Numbered from the stretch's first letter, positions 47,665-60,981 are shown. The stretch is DNA of 64,000 nucleotides from Guillardia theta CCMP2712 (GCF_000315625.1 NW_005434451.1:757-64756), one strand, 5' to 3'. Program-made: numbers and translations. The notes: generated by a model not told the origin, from the sequence alone.

Positions 47665-49318
47665 TNNNNNNNNNNNNNNNNNNNNNNNNNNNNNNNNNNN
47701 NNNNNNNNNNNNNNNNNNNNNNNNNNNNNNNNNNNNNNNNNNNNNNNNNNNNNNNNNNNNNNNNNNNNNNNNNNNNNNNNNNNNNNNNNNNNNNNNNNNN
47801 NNNNNNNNNNNNNNNNNNNNNNNNNNNNNNNNNNNNNNNNNNNNNNNNNNNNNNNNNNNNNNNNNNNNNNNNNNNNNNNNNNNNNNNNNNNNNNNNNNNN
47901 NNNNNNNNNNNNNNNNNNNNNNNNNNNNNNNNNNNNNNNNNNNNNNNNNNNNNNNNNNNNNNNNNNNNNNNNNNNNNNNNNAGACAGCGCTTTGGGAGCA
48001 ACTTTGAACTTCAGTGGGATTTATCCCAGCTTGAATACAATGGGGTTCATCGTACAGCTGGTATCAACGAGCAATCGCCTGCACCAATCTCTGATTCAGG
48101 GAGGGAGAACCTTGGAAGGAAGGTTTGATATTGAGAAGTAGAATCAGATGATTGGCATGGCGTGGTATCAAGCTTCTTCTCCCGAAGACTGTTCAAGGAA
48201 CTCTAGGTCAAGTCAAGCAGGTTAGGATGTGAAGCCTCCCATCATGATCGCAAGATACAAGACCTATGATCGCAAGAATTGAAATGAGAATTGAAATTGA
48301 TGAAAAATCGGCCGTTGAGAAATTGAGAAATTGAAAATGAAGAGATGATTGATGGGGAAAGGCAAATGAAAGAAGATCATATGGTCAATATGAGAATTGA
48401 AATGAACATGCATGCAAATGAAATCTCAAGAGCTCTCAGGTGAAATGGCGCCAAATCAAATCATTCTTACCGCGGTTAGATAGCGATTTGTTAGATGGGC
48501 CCGTAGAGCAGGATAGTTAGGACAAACACATTGGTCATGAATGAGGTGGACATCATTGGGTGGAAAATTTGGATTGAGAAAGTCAGATGGGTTAAATTTG
48601 GATTGAGAAAGTCAGATGGGTGACAATTGAAATCGATGGGATTTGAAGCACAATGATGGGATGGATGACTAGATGATCAGAAAGGTGTCTGGGGAGCCTG
48701 ACTGATCAGAGGGGAAGCCTGACGAACAAGTGCAGTGCGGCACAGTCGAGTTCAGGTGGTGGAGGAGTGTTGATGGTACTGACGAGGTTTCTATGAAGGA
48801 GAGTGTGTAGGTAAAAGATGGATGGAGAAGGATCTAGGAGCCTGAGCAAGAAGCAGCTTGGAGCATGGAGGAGGATCTGGGTGCAGGAGGATCTGGGTGC
48901 AGGAAGGAGCTTGGAGCATGGAGGAGGAGATTGCGATTCAGGAGGACGCAGGGAGCAGCTAGCATGGAGGATGCAGAAGCTTGATGGAGGAAGCAGGAGC
49001 TTGATGGAGAGATTGGGATCCAGAAAGAGCAGCAGCTTGGAGGAGGNNNNNNNNNNNNNNNNNNNNNNNNNNNNNNNNNNNNNNNNNNNNNNNNNNNNNN
49101 NNNNNNNNNNNNNNNNNNNNNNNNNNNNNNNNNNNNNNNNNNNNNNNNNNNNNNNNNNNNNNNNNNNNNNNNNNNNNNNNNNNNNNNNNNNNNNNNNNNN
49201 NNNNNNNNNNNNNNNNNNNNNNNNNNNNNNNNNNNNNNCAGCGAGATGGAAGTGGGTTTCGACATAGGTCTGTAATTAAGGAATCGACGAGCCTGAGGGT
49301 CAGGCGGAGAAGAGGGGG

Positions 49319-49586
49319 TTAGGAGGACTCATGTCCACTGCGCGCTGTGCATTGTACTGGGTTGCAAGGGACTGAAGGGAAGGTGACTGCTGTGAATAAA
49401 GGAAGTGTTGTGTGGTTCTTCTGAGAGTTCTATCACCATCAGTGAAGGTGTTAGAGACTGCACAGCTGTGTATCGTTGAGGTGAATAAGGTTGGTGTGAG
49501 GATCTCAGGTGTACTGAGAGTTAGTCTTTGGTGGATCTTGGGTTAAATAGATTCTGGCCAGTGAGGTGGAGGTTGATTCGATTATA
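49319..49586 (+). repeat. 3' LTR (termini uncertain), with AATAAA at 49395-49400
   Basis: Lies between the PPT and the satellite; its internal part is identical to the visible 5' LTR fragment. Confidence 0.75.
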
Positions 49587-49763
49587 TAGGCTCTGATAGG
49601 CTCTGATAGGCTCTGATAGGCTCTGATAGGCTCTGATAGGATCTGATAGGCTCTGATAGGCTCTGATAGGCTCTGATAGGCTCTGATAGGATCTGATAGG
49701 CTCTGATAGGCTCTGATAGGCTCTGATAGGCTCTGATAGGCTCTGATAGGCTCTGGTAGGATC
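49587..49763. repeat. 10-bp satellite (CTCTGATAGG)n, right flank of the copia element, about 17 copies
   Basis: Same unit and orientation as 40862-40989. Confidence 0.96.
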
Positions 49764-49884
49764 TTATTTTCTCAAGTTCAGTGTCAATTTGACCCCTTGT
49801 TCCAAATGTTTGTGCTCATTCTTCAAAGTTATACATAATGCTTCAATCTTCTTTGACTTGCTCCTGAAAGTCTGATACCGTACC

Positions 49885-50760
49885 AACGCAGAGGAGAAGC
49901 AGAGGCAGGAGGAAGGACTTTAAGGGAGCAGACAGAGGCTGACAAGGAATGAAGCGGCAAGGCAGAGGCAGTTGTTGGGATAGGAGGGAAGAGATCAGAC
50001 ACTAGGTTGTAGAATGAGGAAAGTTGGTCCCTTGAAGCCGTCACGGTGCCGAACGAGATCAGAAATCATATGCACACAAGGTGCCAAGAGAACAACAACA
50101 AGTAGTGGAATCAGGTCAGCTGGTCCTTTTAGCCATGGATCAGTGCGTCAGGTTGTAGATCAGAGCTCTTGCGAAAACACTGTCCTCCTCCTCATCGCTC
50201 TCCGCTTACGCTCGCACTCGTTGTGTCGCAGCTCTCATCGCGATAGCTTCTGATCGCATCCTTCGTCACCCCCGTCGCAACGAGCTCAGCACCAACGCCT
50301 CCATCCCCGCCATCATTATCCGTAACGCCTTTCTCGCCATGACGATCGCGTCGTCGTCCGTTTTCATGCCTTCCATGCTCGTGTGGGGCAGAGGTGCGAC
50401 AAGGTTTGCGATGCTTGAGCGGTGGAGATGACGGAGGTGGCAGGGGTCAGGACGGCCACTGCGCTCCCCGTCCTCGCTCCCCGACCCCTCGCGCTCCAAC
50501 CGCAGGCTGCTTGCTTCAAGTGGGAGGAGAGGAGGGGGGGGAGATGGCTGACCTTTGACGCAGGAGGAGTAACATGGGGTTGAGGATGCAGCTGAAGCCC
50601 AACGAACCCGAGAGTCAGGCAAGCATGAAGGAGGAGAGGAGGGGGAGAGGAGAAGGGACAGAGTGAGGGGGGAGATAGAGGGAGATCAAGGCGAGGGCAG
50701 AAAGGATAAAAACTGACTGAAGGTACAGGAGCTGGAAACGGACAAAGACACTCGTGAGCT
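49885..50760 (+). repeat. Local duplicate, with internal deletions, of 53250-54450
   Basis: Near-identical core 50185-50650 vs 53797-54275; more diverged upstream part. Confidence 0.92.
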
Positions 50761-52068
50761 CATATTCTCCTTGTGCCTGTTCCTCTGCCTCTCTGCTCTT
50801 TATTTGCAGTGCTTCCTCTCTGTGTCTCTGTGTCTCTCCCCCTCTCTTTTTTCCGCTGTCAGCATTGTCTTAGGGCATAGGCTGCATCTCAGATTCTTTC
50901 CAGGCCCCTCCTCAGGCCCTCCCTTGGGTTTGCGAGCCTTCAGAACTGGCGTGGACAAAGTCAGGGACGAAGCTTTATCATACCTCAAAGAGGCGCGCGA
51001 GATCATTGGGGACGATGCTCCCGATCAGACGAGTGCCTATCTCCTTGCCTTGCGTATGAGTACGAGAGACATGGAGAGGGAGATGGAATACAAATGGGCC
51101 CTGAAGGAAATGGAGAGAGAGATGATGAGGAATGCTGAGACTCAGCCTCACAAGGAGAATACCGAGACTCCTCAGAAGGATACCGAGACTCCTCAGAAGA
51201 ATACCGAGACTCCTCAGAAGAATACCGAGACTCCTCAGAAGAATACCGAGACTCCTCAGAAGGATACCGAGACTCCTCAGAAGGATATCGAGACTCCTCA
51301 GAAGGATACCGAGACTCCTCAGAAGGAGAATACGTACGAAACTTATCAGTTGCAGGCTTTGGAACAGGAGGCAAACATAGTGGAATTGAACGCATCGCAA
51401 CAAACATTCCAGGCAGAGGCAGAGATGCAACTGAAGATACAGCGGTGTGAGCAGCTAGTCCATTACTACAAGCGTCAGCTGTCCGACTTAACTCAAAGGT
51501 CAGCATCAATCTGCTTGACATGTGCAGGATGATATTGCACTCACACAGGTATCTGATTGAGAGCTTTCTCTCTAAAGTGTGCGAGATCACTGTCTCGGGC
51601 AACAGAGACATCTCGCCGGAGCTCCGATCTGCGATCAAGAACTTGCCCAAGCACGACATGGAGATTTTGACGTCAAGCACTCGGCCCTATAGAATTGAAT
51701 ACGCGTATAAGATCTTGGGGCGCGACCATCAGTACCGGCAGGCATTATGGAAACAGCTCGGGTTGCCAGACGACCTTATGTTACCTGCCTGGGACAAGGA
51801 GATGGAGATGTACGGGTTGTTCGAGCTGAGGGCACGAGGCGGACAAGTGCCGCTAGTATTTGTATCTTCAGAAGCAGGAGACAAGGTGATCAGGTTCTTC
51901 ACAGAGGTCGCGAAGTTGTTCCACATGAAGGCAGACGTCTTCGACGAGGTGCAGGCAAGTGCGGGAGAGTCATACGAGCTCACCTCTCACTTTGGAGACG
52001 AAGAGGAAGCAAATGATGACTCATCGGACATTCAAGTCGAGCCTCAGGCTACTTCCTCCTCTGACTGA
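50339..52068 (+). CDS. Hypothetical multi-exon protein with a TETPQK(N/D) repeat; first exons derive from the duplicated segment
   Basis: ORFs 50771-51532 and 51520-52068 joined by a short intron; 21-bp repeat at ~51155-51325. Confidence 0.55.
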
Positions 52069-52259
52069 GATCGTCGGACCCCGGTTTCATCCGCGTCTCG
52101 GCTGCTGCGATCACTGGCCGCCGCTTCAATGTGTAAGCCGTTTGTCCCGCAGCCCAACTTCAATGAACTTCGGACTCCGGGAACATCGGCGTGCGTTCCG
52201 ACTTAGTCCGACACGGTTCCAAGCCTTGAAGTCCGGAGACACCCCGGGCGTCTCGCCGG

Positions 52260-52810
52260 AAGTTCTGACTCGCCAAGCCATGATGAGTCCCGGGGCCGCC
52301 TCCGAGTGACCGTCTGACTCACTGGCAGTGACAGTGAGAGTCAGCGGCCCGGCCGGCAGTCCGATTGACGGTACCCGCCGGTAGTCAATGACTCTGTGAG
52401 TACTAGGCTGGCCGATGATCGGATCGGTCATCATCCCGGCGGGGCACGGTGTCACTCAAGGCTGGTCACTCCGACAGTACTAGCCCGGCAGTCACTCAGT
52501 ACGGTCACTGTAGCCCCCTGCGTAGTGCTGGGCCGGGGGCGGCCCGCCCCGGCCCCCGTGAGTGGCCCCGGCCGGCCGGGTCACCGTACACGGCCGGGCG
52601 GTACGGTCGGCGCTCAGCTGGGGCCGCGGGCCCCAGCCTGCGGGACGGGGGCCTCGAACACCACCCGCGTCGATGAGACCAGTGAGGCGCTCAGCGGCTG
52701 GTGATAGGCTCGGCGGCTCCGGGCCCGGCTCGGCGGCGGCGGGCCCGGCTCCGGCGATTCCGATCGGCGGGCCCGGCAGCGTGGGCCCGCCGGGCCGGGC
52801 CACCGTACAC
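52260..52810. other. GC-rich, short-palindrome-dense intergenic island followed by an AT-rich block (52820-53150)
   Basis: Dense CCGG/GGCC/GAGTC/GTGAC/CAGTG hairpins. Confidence 0.6.
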
Positions 52811-53939
52811 TGGCTGAGGTGTAAAATCTGTCATACAACTGTATCTAATCCTTTATATAATCCGGTGACATGGTATTGGAGTCAGTTTTAGATATTATAG
52901 AATAGTAGGAGAAATAAATTTATGGGTCACAGCACAATAGTGGCTGAAACAGAAATTAAAATAAATCTAGTAGCATTTTAATTATTAAATTTAATTTTGG
53001 TAGAAGGAGGCCGTCAGCCCATGGTACTAATGGGAACACATAAAATTAAGTTTGCATTCCATCCCCTAGGATCCAAATATTACTCTCAATATTCAAAGAT
53101 ACAGATCAATTTTAACTGCTTTTGAAGTGACTCCTGAAGTCTAAAACTAGGGGGGTGATGTAAGGAATGAATTCAGCCGCCATGCCTGACAGGCGCTGTT
53201 GATGAGCGGGAAGGAGGGGAACAAGGAGCAGGGACGATGATGAGGAGGAAAGAGGAGAAGCAGAGGCAAGAGAACAGAGGAGGAGCAGACAGAGGCTGAG
53301 AAGGAATGAAGCAGCAAGTCAGAGGCAGGTGTTGGGATAGGAAGGGCGCTAGAATCGCACGCTTACGAGACGATATGCTGCTATGTGGCAAGAGGCTAAC
53401 GGGAAGGCAAAGCTGCTCCTTTGAAGCCGTGCCGAATATGATCAGGGATATGCACAGAAGATGCCAAGGGAACAACTAGAAGTAACGGGATGAGGTCAGC
53501 TGGTCCTTGCAGCTTGGATCAATGTGTCAGGTTGTAGATCAGAGCTCTTGCGAAAACACTGCTTCTTGTCTGAGGGATGGAAGGAAGAGGAAGATCCTTT
53601 GTCTGCTGCATCTGACCGTCCCTCTTTGTCAGCGTGCTCGGCTCCAGAGACGAACTCTAGCATGTCCTCGATACAGTAGAACATTGATCAGGAGTGAACA
53701 CCGAGCTTGACAGGTTCTTGCAGCTGCTCCCATTCGTCCTCCTCTATCTGCTCCCCCTGTTTCTCACCGTGCTTGCTCTTTCTGCCTGTGGATCTGCCTC
53801 CTCCTCATCGCTCTCCGCTTACGCTCGCACTCGTTGACGTGGCGTGTGTGTCGCAGCTCTCATCGCGATAGCTTCTGATCGCATCCTTCGTCACCCCCGT
53901 CGCAACGAGCTCAGCACCAACGCCTCCATCCCCGCCATC

Positions 53940-54445
53940 ATGATCCGTATCGTCTTTCTCGCCATGACGATCGCGTCGTCGTCTGCTTTCATGCCTTCCA
54001 TGCTCGTTGGGGGCAGAGGTGCGACAAGGTTTGCGATGCTTGAGCGGTGGAGATGACGGAGGTGGCAGGGGTCAGGACGGCCACTGCGCTCCCCGTCCTC
54101 GCTCCCCGACCCCTCGCGCTCCAACCGCAGGCTGCTTGCTTCAAGTGGGAGGAGAGGAGGGGGGGGAGATGGCTGACCTTTGACGCAGGAGGAGTAACAT
54201 GGGGTTGAGGATGCAGCTGAAGCCCAACGAACCCGAGAGTCAGGCAAGCATGAAGGAGGAGAGGAGGGGGAGAGGGGAAGGGATGAGTTTGTGAAGACGG
54301 AACACCGAGGAGAGGGAGAGGGCGAGCATGAGGACGAGGAGGGAAGGGGCAGGGAGGAGAAGCACTGAGCGCAGGTGCAGGAGGCAGCTGTGCAGGAGCT
54401 GGAAACGGATCCGCAGACCTTCAGCAAAGCTGTCAAAGACACTCG
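53940..54445 (+). CDS. 5' exons of a plastid-targeted protein; the rest is probably lost in the gap
   Basis: MIRIVFLAMTIASSSAFMPS is a signal peptide with an AF cleavage motif, followed by transit-like exons and VQEAAVQELETDPQTFSKAVKDT. Confidence 0.6.
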
Positions 54446-54799
54446 TGAGCTGATACCTCCTCCTGCTCCAGCCTTCGCCTCCTGCCTCCTTCTGCCTCCC
54501 CCCCACCTCCTCTCACTCGACTCNNNNNNNNNNNNNNNNNNNNNNNNNNNNNNNNNNNNNNNNNNNNNNNNNNNNNNNNNNNNNNNNNNNNNNNNNNNNN
54601 NNNNNNNNNNNNNNNNNNNNNNNAGAAGGAGGAGGAGGAGGAGGGGGAGGAGAAGAAGGAGGAGGAGGAAGAGGATCATAGTGTAAACAAAAGAAAGCAA
54701 GGAGACAAAACATTGGAAGGTCAGAGAACTGGGAAGAGGAGGGGGAAGGAGGAGGAGGAAGAGGAGGAAGGAGTCAGACAGACGATGATGGGAGACAAC

Positions 54800-55604
54800 C
54801 ACCTGGCCATCCATTGGTAGGCAGGAACGAATTGATTGTAAGGGTAGGGAGCAGAATCTGTCCAGATGTCCGCGATCTCGCACAAGAACTTGCCGGGGTA
54901 AAGCTCGTCCAGGGCCCCCTGAATGGCCTTCGCAGACGCCTTGTGGCCCCCTCCAGTGTCAGAGAGGAGGAAAAGAACTCGCTTCCTCCCGTCCCGCCGG
55001 GGAGGAACAAGCTCTGCGTTGGCGTCTGCGAGGAAGAGCGGGAAGGAGGAGGAGGGGAGGACCCTGACAACCTGATCCCGTTCCACACGCCGAACCCGGT
55101 GAGCGAGGAGAGGATGGAACGAGGAATCTGTGCTGTCCTCTTGAAGAATCCTCGGGGCAGCACGAAGCCACTGGGGTTGAAGCCGAAGAGCTTCATGTAG
55201 GGTTGGCATGCCCGACCACGAGCAAGAGGAGAGGAGGAGGAGGAGGAGGAGGAGGAGGAGGAGGAGGCAAGGGAGGAGGATAACTCGCTCAGACTAAACT
55301 TTCTCCACTTGCCATCCTTGGCACTCCAAAGGATCAGGTCGGCGGCTCCTCCGATGAAGGCCAGCTCCTCCGCCCTCACGTCTCTCACGCTCTCTCCCTC
55401 AGCATGCTCTAGCGAGACTCTCCCGCACCCCCTCCTCTCGCCTCCTTCCACATGCTTCGCAGGCAGCAAGGAGCTCTGGTAACCGGAGGCAGCAGGAGGG
55501 AAAGAGGCTAGCTCCTGCACAGCACTGACGATGGAAGGAGAGCCACACCAGAAGGCAGAGAGGAGAAGAAAGAGGAGGGAAGTGGAGTGCAGACGAGGAT
55601 TCAT
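54800..55604 (-). CDS. MGD: Monogalactosyldiacylglycerol synthase (GT28), N-terminal part; remainder probably in the gap
   Basis: KRVLFLLSDTGGGHKASAKAI...IADIWTD.APYPYNQFVPAYQWM signature; signal peptide MNPRLHSTSLLFLLLSAFW. Confidence 0.85.
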
Positions 55605-55699
55605 ACTGCAGCCCCTGACAGCAAGACCTACACGCGCAAGTAAGTACATCATAGAAGATTGGCAGGCCGTGGGAAAGGCGGGAAGAAGTTACTTTGCAT

Positions 55700-56131
55700 G
55701 CTCCCTCCTCACACATTGTAGTTGAGCAGAACATACAATTATAGCTCGAGCGACCGATCGACCCATCCCATCCTTCCTCTAACTTTCCGCCTTCCATGTT
55801 CGACTCGGTCATTCTATCCTCCTCGCTCCCCACTGGACTTGAAATCTTGGAAGCAATAGTCGATTCAAACTCAGAAACATAATGTTTTGAAGCCTCTTCC
55901 TCCTGACCAACCTCTTCCTCCACTTATTCCATAACGAATCCACCTTGCATGCCCCATCTAGATACTGCTGCTACGTCTCCTGCTGCCGATACTGTAGACG
56001 CAATACGGATTCTTGACTGGGACCTTCCTGCTCTCATCCTATATAACCTGAGATGATACATTCACGATCCCTGCTCATCTCCCTCCTCCTCTTGCTCTTG
56101 CTTTCCTCCTGCTTTTCCTCCTCCCCCCCTC

Positions 56132-56200
<69 letters not shown>

Positions 56201-56312
56201 GCTCCTGCTTATGTTCCTCCTCCTCCTCGTCTTCGTCGTCGTCCTCCTCCTCGTCCTTCTCGTCCTCCTGCTCCTCCTCCTCTTGATCCGCACTCTCCCC
56301 TACATCCGCCAT
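55700..56312 (-). CDS. Possible small acidic low-complexity protein
   Basis: GCGGAT-preceded ATG (MADVGES...), E/Q-rich ORF and a plausible second exon; largely microsatellite. Confidence 0.3.
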
Positions 56313-57591
56313 TACTGACGGAGGCCACGCCTTTTTAAAACTAAATTAAATGGCAGCGCTTCAATATTAAATATATGTTAAACTTTATAAAATGTTTTGG
56401 ATAATGAAGTATATTTTTAGAGTCTGGGTTTGCTCTAGAGAGTTTTGATGCCATGGTACTGTTTAATAAACATATTTTAACAAAGATCATGAATATCTCA
56501 ACGCTTCGTTGCATTATATTGAGTTGTTTATACTTATCGATTTTACTATACAATAATATTTTGTATTGTATCCACATCCCCACTCGTGTCCAACAGGACC
56601 CACACCAGGACCCACCCCCTGAATTGCTTTGGAAGCACCCTCCAGTACCACCCCACCCCCAAATTTGTCATATCTTCGCCTAAGTTGACATACTCTGCAC
56701 CAAAGACTTGAAGATATGCTTCTCAGTTTGAACTTATTATCGCAAAAATATTGAAACTATTTTAAAACTGGATATGCAGGGTGGGTAGGTAACAGTTACA
56801 ACCTCACTTTTGCAACACGTATGGAAAAGAGGGGTGGTGTCGAATATGGTACAATATGTACCCGTCCTTTTCATATGAAAATAATGGGTACTTAATTAGA
56901 GAGGGTGATATTGGTGGGGTATGGATGACAATGAGACATGGTGGTACATGGAAAGGGTCTCGGAGCAGGGGTGGGGGTACATTCAAGATGGAATGAGGTG
57001 GTAGGTGGTGTATTTGAAGGGGTTATTCACCGTTACTGAGAAGGGATGAGGGGTAGGTACTTCAGAGATTGCGAATTTTCTGGGGGTGGTACCGTGGTAG
57101 GGGTGGTGGAACGAGGGGTGGGGGACACCGATGTGGACGGAACGGCAAAAATGAGGGCATGGGCGCGAAGGAGAAGAGGAGGAGGAGGAGGAGGAGGAGG
57201 AGGAGGAGGAAGAGAACGAGAGAGACCAGCAAGACGTACAGTGTAAAACTGACAGTTGTCATGGTATCCATCGGAAGGAAAGAGCAGCAGTGATTCAGGA
57301 ATGGAAGGTTTGTTCAGTAGCTACGAATGCAGCTGTAGGCGAAGAGAAGAAGAGGGAGGAGTGGAGGAGGAGAAGAGGAGAGGGTATGAATGTCCGCAGA
57401 AAACGAAAATAATGCATTTTAGAGAGTGATCATGATGGTCAAGGAGAGTTGATGTAGATAGGTCCCTCAACATCAAAACTTGTCAAATCGAGATTTGATG
57501 ACAGGAGACCAGATGTCCACGGCATCCCTGACTGTGCTCGCAGTGGTCTTGCAGAACTTTGAAAGCGACCTCACTTGTTTCCACGACTGTC

Positions 57592-59337
57592 ATGTCGTCG
57601 TCGCCTAGCAGCCCCATCCTCCTGCTCCGGCTGGAGCGAGCGGAGTATGACAACGTTCAGCTGAAGCGAATGCTGGAAGCGGCGCAAGAAGAGCTCAGGC
57701 TCAAGTCAGAGCGAGTGGAACTTCTGCAGCACAACCTCGTTGCAAGCCGATCGAGAGAGCAGCTGTCGTCGGGCTCCATGAAGTCGATCGAGGGCGCGTT
57801 GCACAAGGCTAAGCAGGAGCAGCAGAATGCGATGCAGGAACGAGACGAGTTGCTGGTGTACCTTGAGAGATTGAACTCTGTAAGCTCCGCTTGCTCCTCC
57901 TTCTCCTCCTCTTGACCTGTTACTCCTCTTCCTCCTCTTGACCTGTTACTCCTCCCCCTCCTGCATCCAAGCCTTGCAGCTCGTTTTTGTGATGCAGCAT
58001 GTGGACAATCGTTCCCTCCCTCCCTGCCTCCACATCCTGATTTTCACTTCGCTTCCTGACGTGTCCGGGTGATGCAGATGCAAGTGAAGAAGAGCATGAG
58101 CTTGCAGGAGTGCTTCACTAACCGAAGGTCCACCTGCGCGTCTTGTGTAGGGCGTGGGCGTCTCTAACGCAAGTTGCAGGAGGTTGTCGACACTGAGGTC
58201 TGCCCTCGAGCACATGGCTGAATACCACCGGAGAAATCAATTCTTCAACAAAGTCCGACACAACTTCCTGACTCGAAGGAGAATGTTTCTGTGAGTGACC
58301 CGATCCCCTCCCTCTTTTGGCCCGATCCCCTCCCCTCTCCTTCTCCCTCGCCTGCCGTCTCCCTCTTGTCCCCTCTGCTCCGTTTCCTGCTCTCCCATCG
58401 CTTCCGTCTCCTCCTCCAGCGCACTTGTTCTTCACAACCTCGGTCTCGTGCTCCCTGTTCTTCTCCCGTTGCGCTTCATAGCAGTGCATCCTTTACCTCA
58501 CCATCTCCCACAGGGCTCGATCGGCGCTTGACACTCTGGCCGAAGGAGTCGTGCGAGAAAGAAAGCTGTCACAGCTTCACCAGTCCTGCCATCACCATAG
58601 AATGAGGGCAGCGTTGCTGGCATGGAAGGATGTGGAGCCTGAGCGAGGTAACCTGCTCCTCCTATGCCGCCCCTTGGCTGACCACTTTTCTCCTTAGCCT
58701 CCTCCCTCAAGATCCGGATCGCTCCTGAAGTGCAATCGGCAGATCCTGTGCCGTCGGAATCATTCGCAAGGCAAGAGGAGGAGGAGGAGAAGGGGAGAGG
58801 AGGAGGAGGAGGAGGAGGAGGAGGAGTAGGTGGTCTTGGGATGCTGATAGTGCAGAACAGGAGCTTCGGCCTGGTAACGGACAAGAGCGGAAGCTTCCTC
58901 TTTGCTACCAAATTTCTTGGAGAAGGGACGAGTGCAGCTGCAGCTAAGGAGAGGAAAGGCCCAGCTGCAGCCCAGGAGCGTCCTGGCACGGACAAGGAGA
59001 CGAAGGGAAAGCTGCGTCCACCTCAACCTGCTGTACTGGCGAACTCACCGATGAAGAGGTGGGTGGATGATTGAGAGGAGGAGGAGGGGGAGGGAGGAGT
59101 GAGGAGGAGGGAGAAATATGATTACAGGGTCGTGCTGTGAAAGCTGAATGACGGTTGTCTTGGCCAGTTGTGGAGCGAACGACCCAGACCTGGTGCCGAG
59201 GGCTCACTCAGAGTACTCTTGGAGGAAGAGCCAGGTGAAGCAAACGTCCTTCAGTCAGGTAAGAGGCAGTAGATGCGTATCATATGGCGCTGAAGGTGAT
59301 CTACCACCAGCTGTTTGGCTCCCTCCGGTTTATCTGA
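57592..59337 (+). CDS. Hypothetical multi-exon protein with an N-terminal coiled coil
   Basis: LLRLERAEYDNVQLKRMLEAAQEELRLK...QERDELLVYLERL, then several short exons with GT-AG boundaries. Confidence 0.55.
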
Positions 59338-59612
59338 AACCAAGAGAATGATCGCAAGGTCTCTCGTGTAATGACTAACCTAAGGAATGTTCGTGTATTA
59401 TCTGTTTGAATGAAAGTTTTGAATGCTGCATCGACAATCTACAATGCATCTACAAATCATGAAGAATCCCTTCACAACACATGGACCTCAGTAAGACACA
59501 GAGAGCGAACGGAGTTCAGTGGTTCTGGAAGTTTATTTCAACTATATTCAATCATCTACATCAGCAGCGTCTCAGCACAACCTTGCAGCACAGAAAAATC
59601 GCTCCCACCTGT

Positions 59613-60981
59613 TTACTTCTTCTTGAGGACGGAGAGGGTGCTGGCGAGAACCTTGGCAGCCTCGGCCTCAGGGCAGAACACCTTGACGGACTTGACGCGG
59701 ACCAACATCTCATCGTCCTGGTCGCCAGTCTTGCCGCCCTTGTACTCCTGCGGATACAGTAAGTGAGCTGAAAATGGAGAAAGGAGGAGAGAATGGACGA
59801 ATAGGGGTCAACAGAGGTTGGCGGTTGGCGGGAGCGAGCGAAAGTGAGGTGCGGAGGGAAGGATGGAGAATACGACTAGGACAAGGAAAACATGACCGGG
59901 AGAGCAGAGATGAGGAGGAGAGGGAAAAGAGAAAGAGAGAATGAGGGGGAAGGAAAAAAGAGAAAGACAGTCAGGAGCATGCTAGGTTCCTGCCCTACCT
60001 TGGGGGCACGGTTGCATCCACGGTGATCGAAGATGGTGACCTCGGGGGCGTAGAAGTTGGCGCGCATGAGAACCTGTAGAACAGTGAGGAGGAGGAGGCG
60101 GGGCAGATGTCAAAGCGGTTTACCTGGCCCTTGCCAGCGATCTGAGTTCCGAGGGGGATGGCGTTGGCAGCGGCGGCTCCTCCGAAGACGGCGGCAGCAG
60201 CAGCTCCAGCGGTCATGGCCTCACGGCGTTCCATCTGCATGGAGACACCGCCCGCGGGGGAGCGGAGGGCTGGCTGGAGGACCAGTCAGATACATGGAGG
60301 GACCGAACGAGTAACAGAGGGCATGACCCTGTTCTGATCATGTTGCCACACCAACCACGAACATCTGCTACGTCTAAACTGATTGGCATGCTCTACTTGC
60401 TCCAGATGTTTCATCGTCACCGATAACAACAAGAGGAAATCGCATGACAATGAGACCCAAACTTGTCACTTCTTTCAAACGAGACGAACATGTAAGAAAT
60501 ACTGCTCATTGAGCTTGAACATGATACAACCCGCTCCTCTCTAACGTAGCTGTTCCTTCCATTCTCATGTGAATGACTGGATCAGCTATAGTTTACTTCG
60601 AGGGCTGCATCATGTTGTTCTCGAACTTATCTCGCACCCGACAATTCAAGTTGCCCTTGAAAGTCATATCAACTCATCTACCATGCTTTCTTTCTGATCG
60701 AAAAGCATAAATGCTCTGTCTCATCAGTTTTCATCAAATTCTCTCCAGTCCTCTGCTACAAAACACGATTCGCTCTGATTTCCCCAACTCTCCTTCGGAT
60801 CCTGAACTTTTCTGTCTTCTCTACTCTCCACCTCCTCCTGGCCTCAAATCCTGTGATCACACCAGCTGTTGTCCATCCCTATCTCCTCCACGTCTCCACT
60901 TTCTTCCTCCTCTCATCCTACCGCGGGGGCGAAGGCGCTGGCGACGGCGATGGTAGCTCCAACAACGGCGGTTCTGAGCAT
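59613..60981 (-). CDS. cpeA: Cryptophyte phycoerythrin alpha subunit (4 exons)
   Basis: MLRTAVVGATIAVASAFAPA; MERREAM...AANA lumen signal; YAPEVTIFDHRGCNRAPK-EYKGGKTGDQDDEMLVRVKSVKV...LKKK*. Confidence 0.96.

Larger units (their letters stand above)
41230..49586 (+). mobile_element. Ty1/copia LTR retrotransposon (gag, PR, IN, RT, RNase H); 5' boundary estimated inside a gap
   Basis: 41309-41441 is identical to 49399-49531 (LTR). PPT GGAGAAGAGGGGG at 49306-49318. Domain order PR-IN-RT-RH is diagnostic of copia. Confidence 0.95.

Noticed and set aside
54445-54800. Truncated MGDG synthase and convergent gene as pseudogenes
   Set aside because: Both run toward a ~100-N gap of unknown size, which probably hides their 3' exons.
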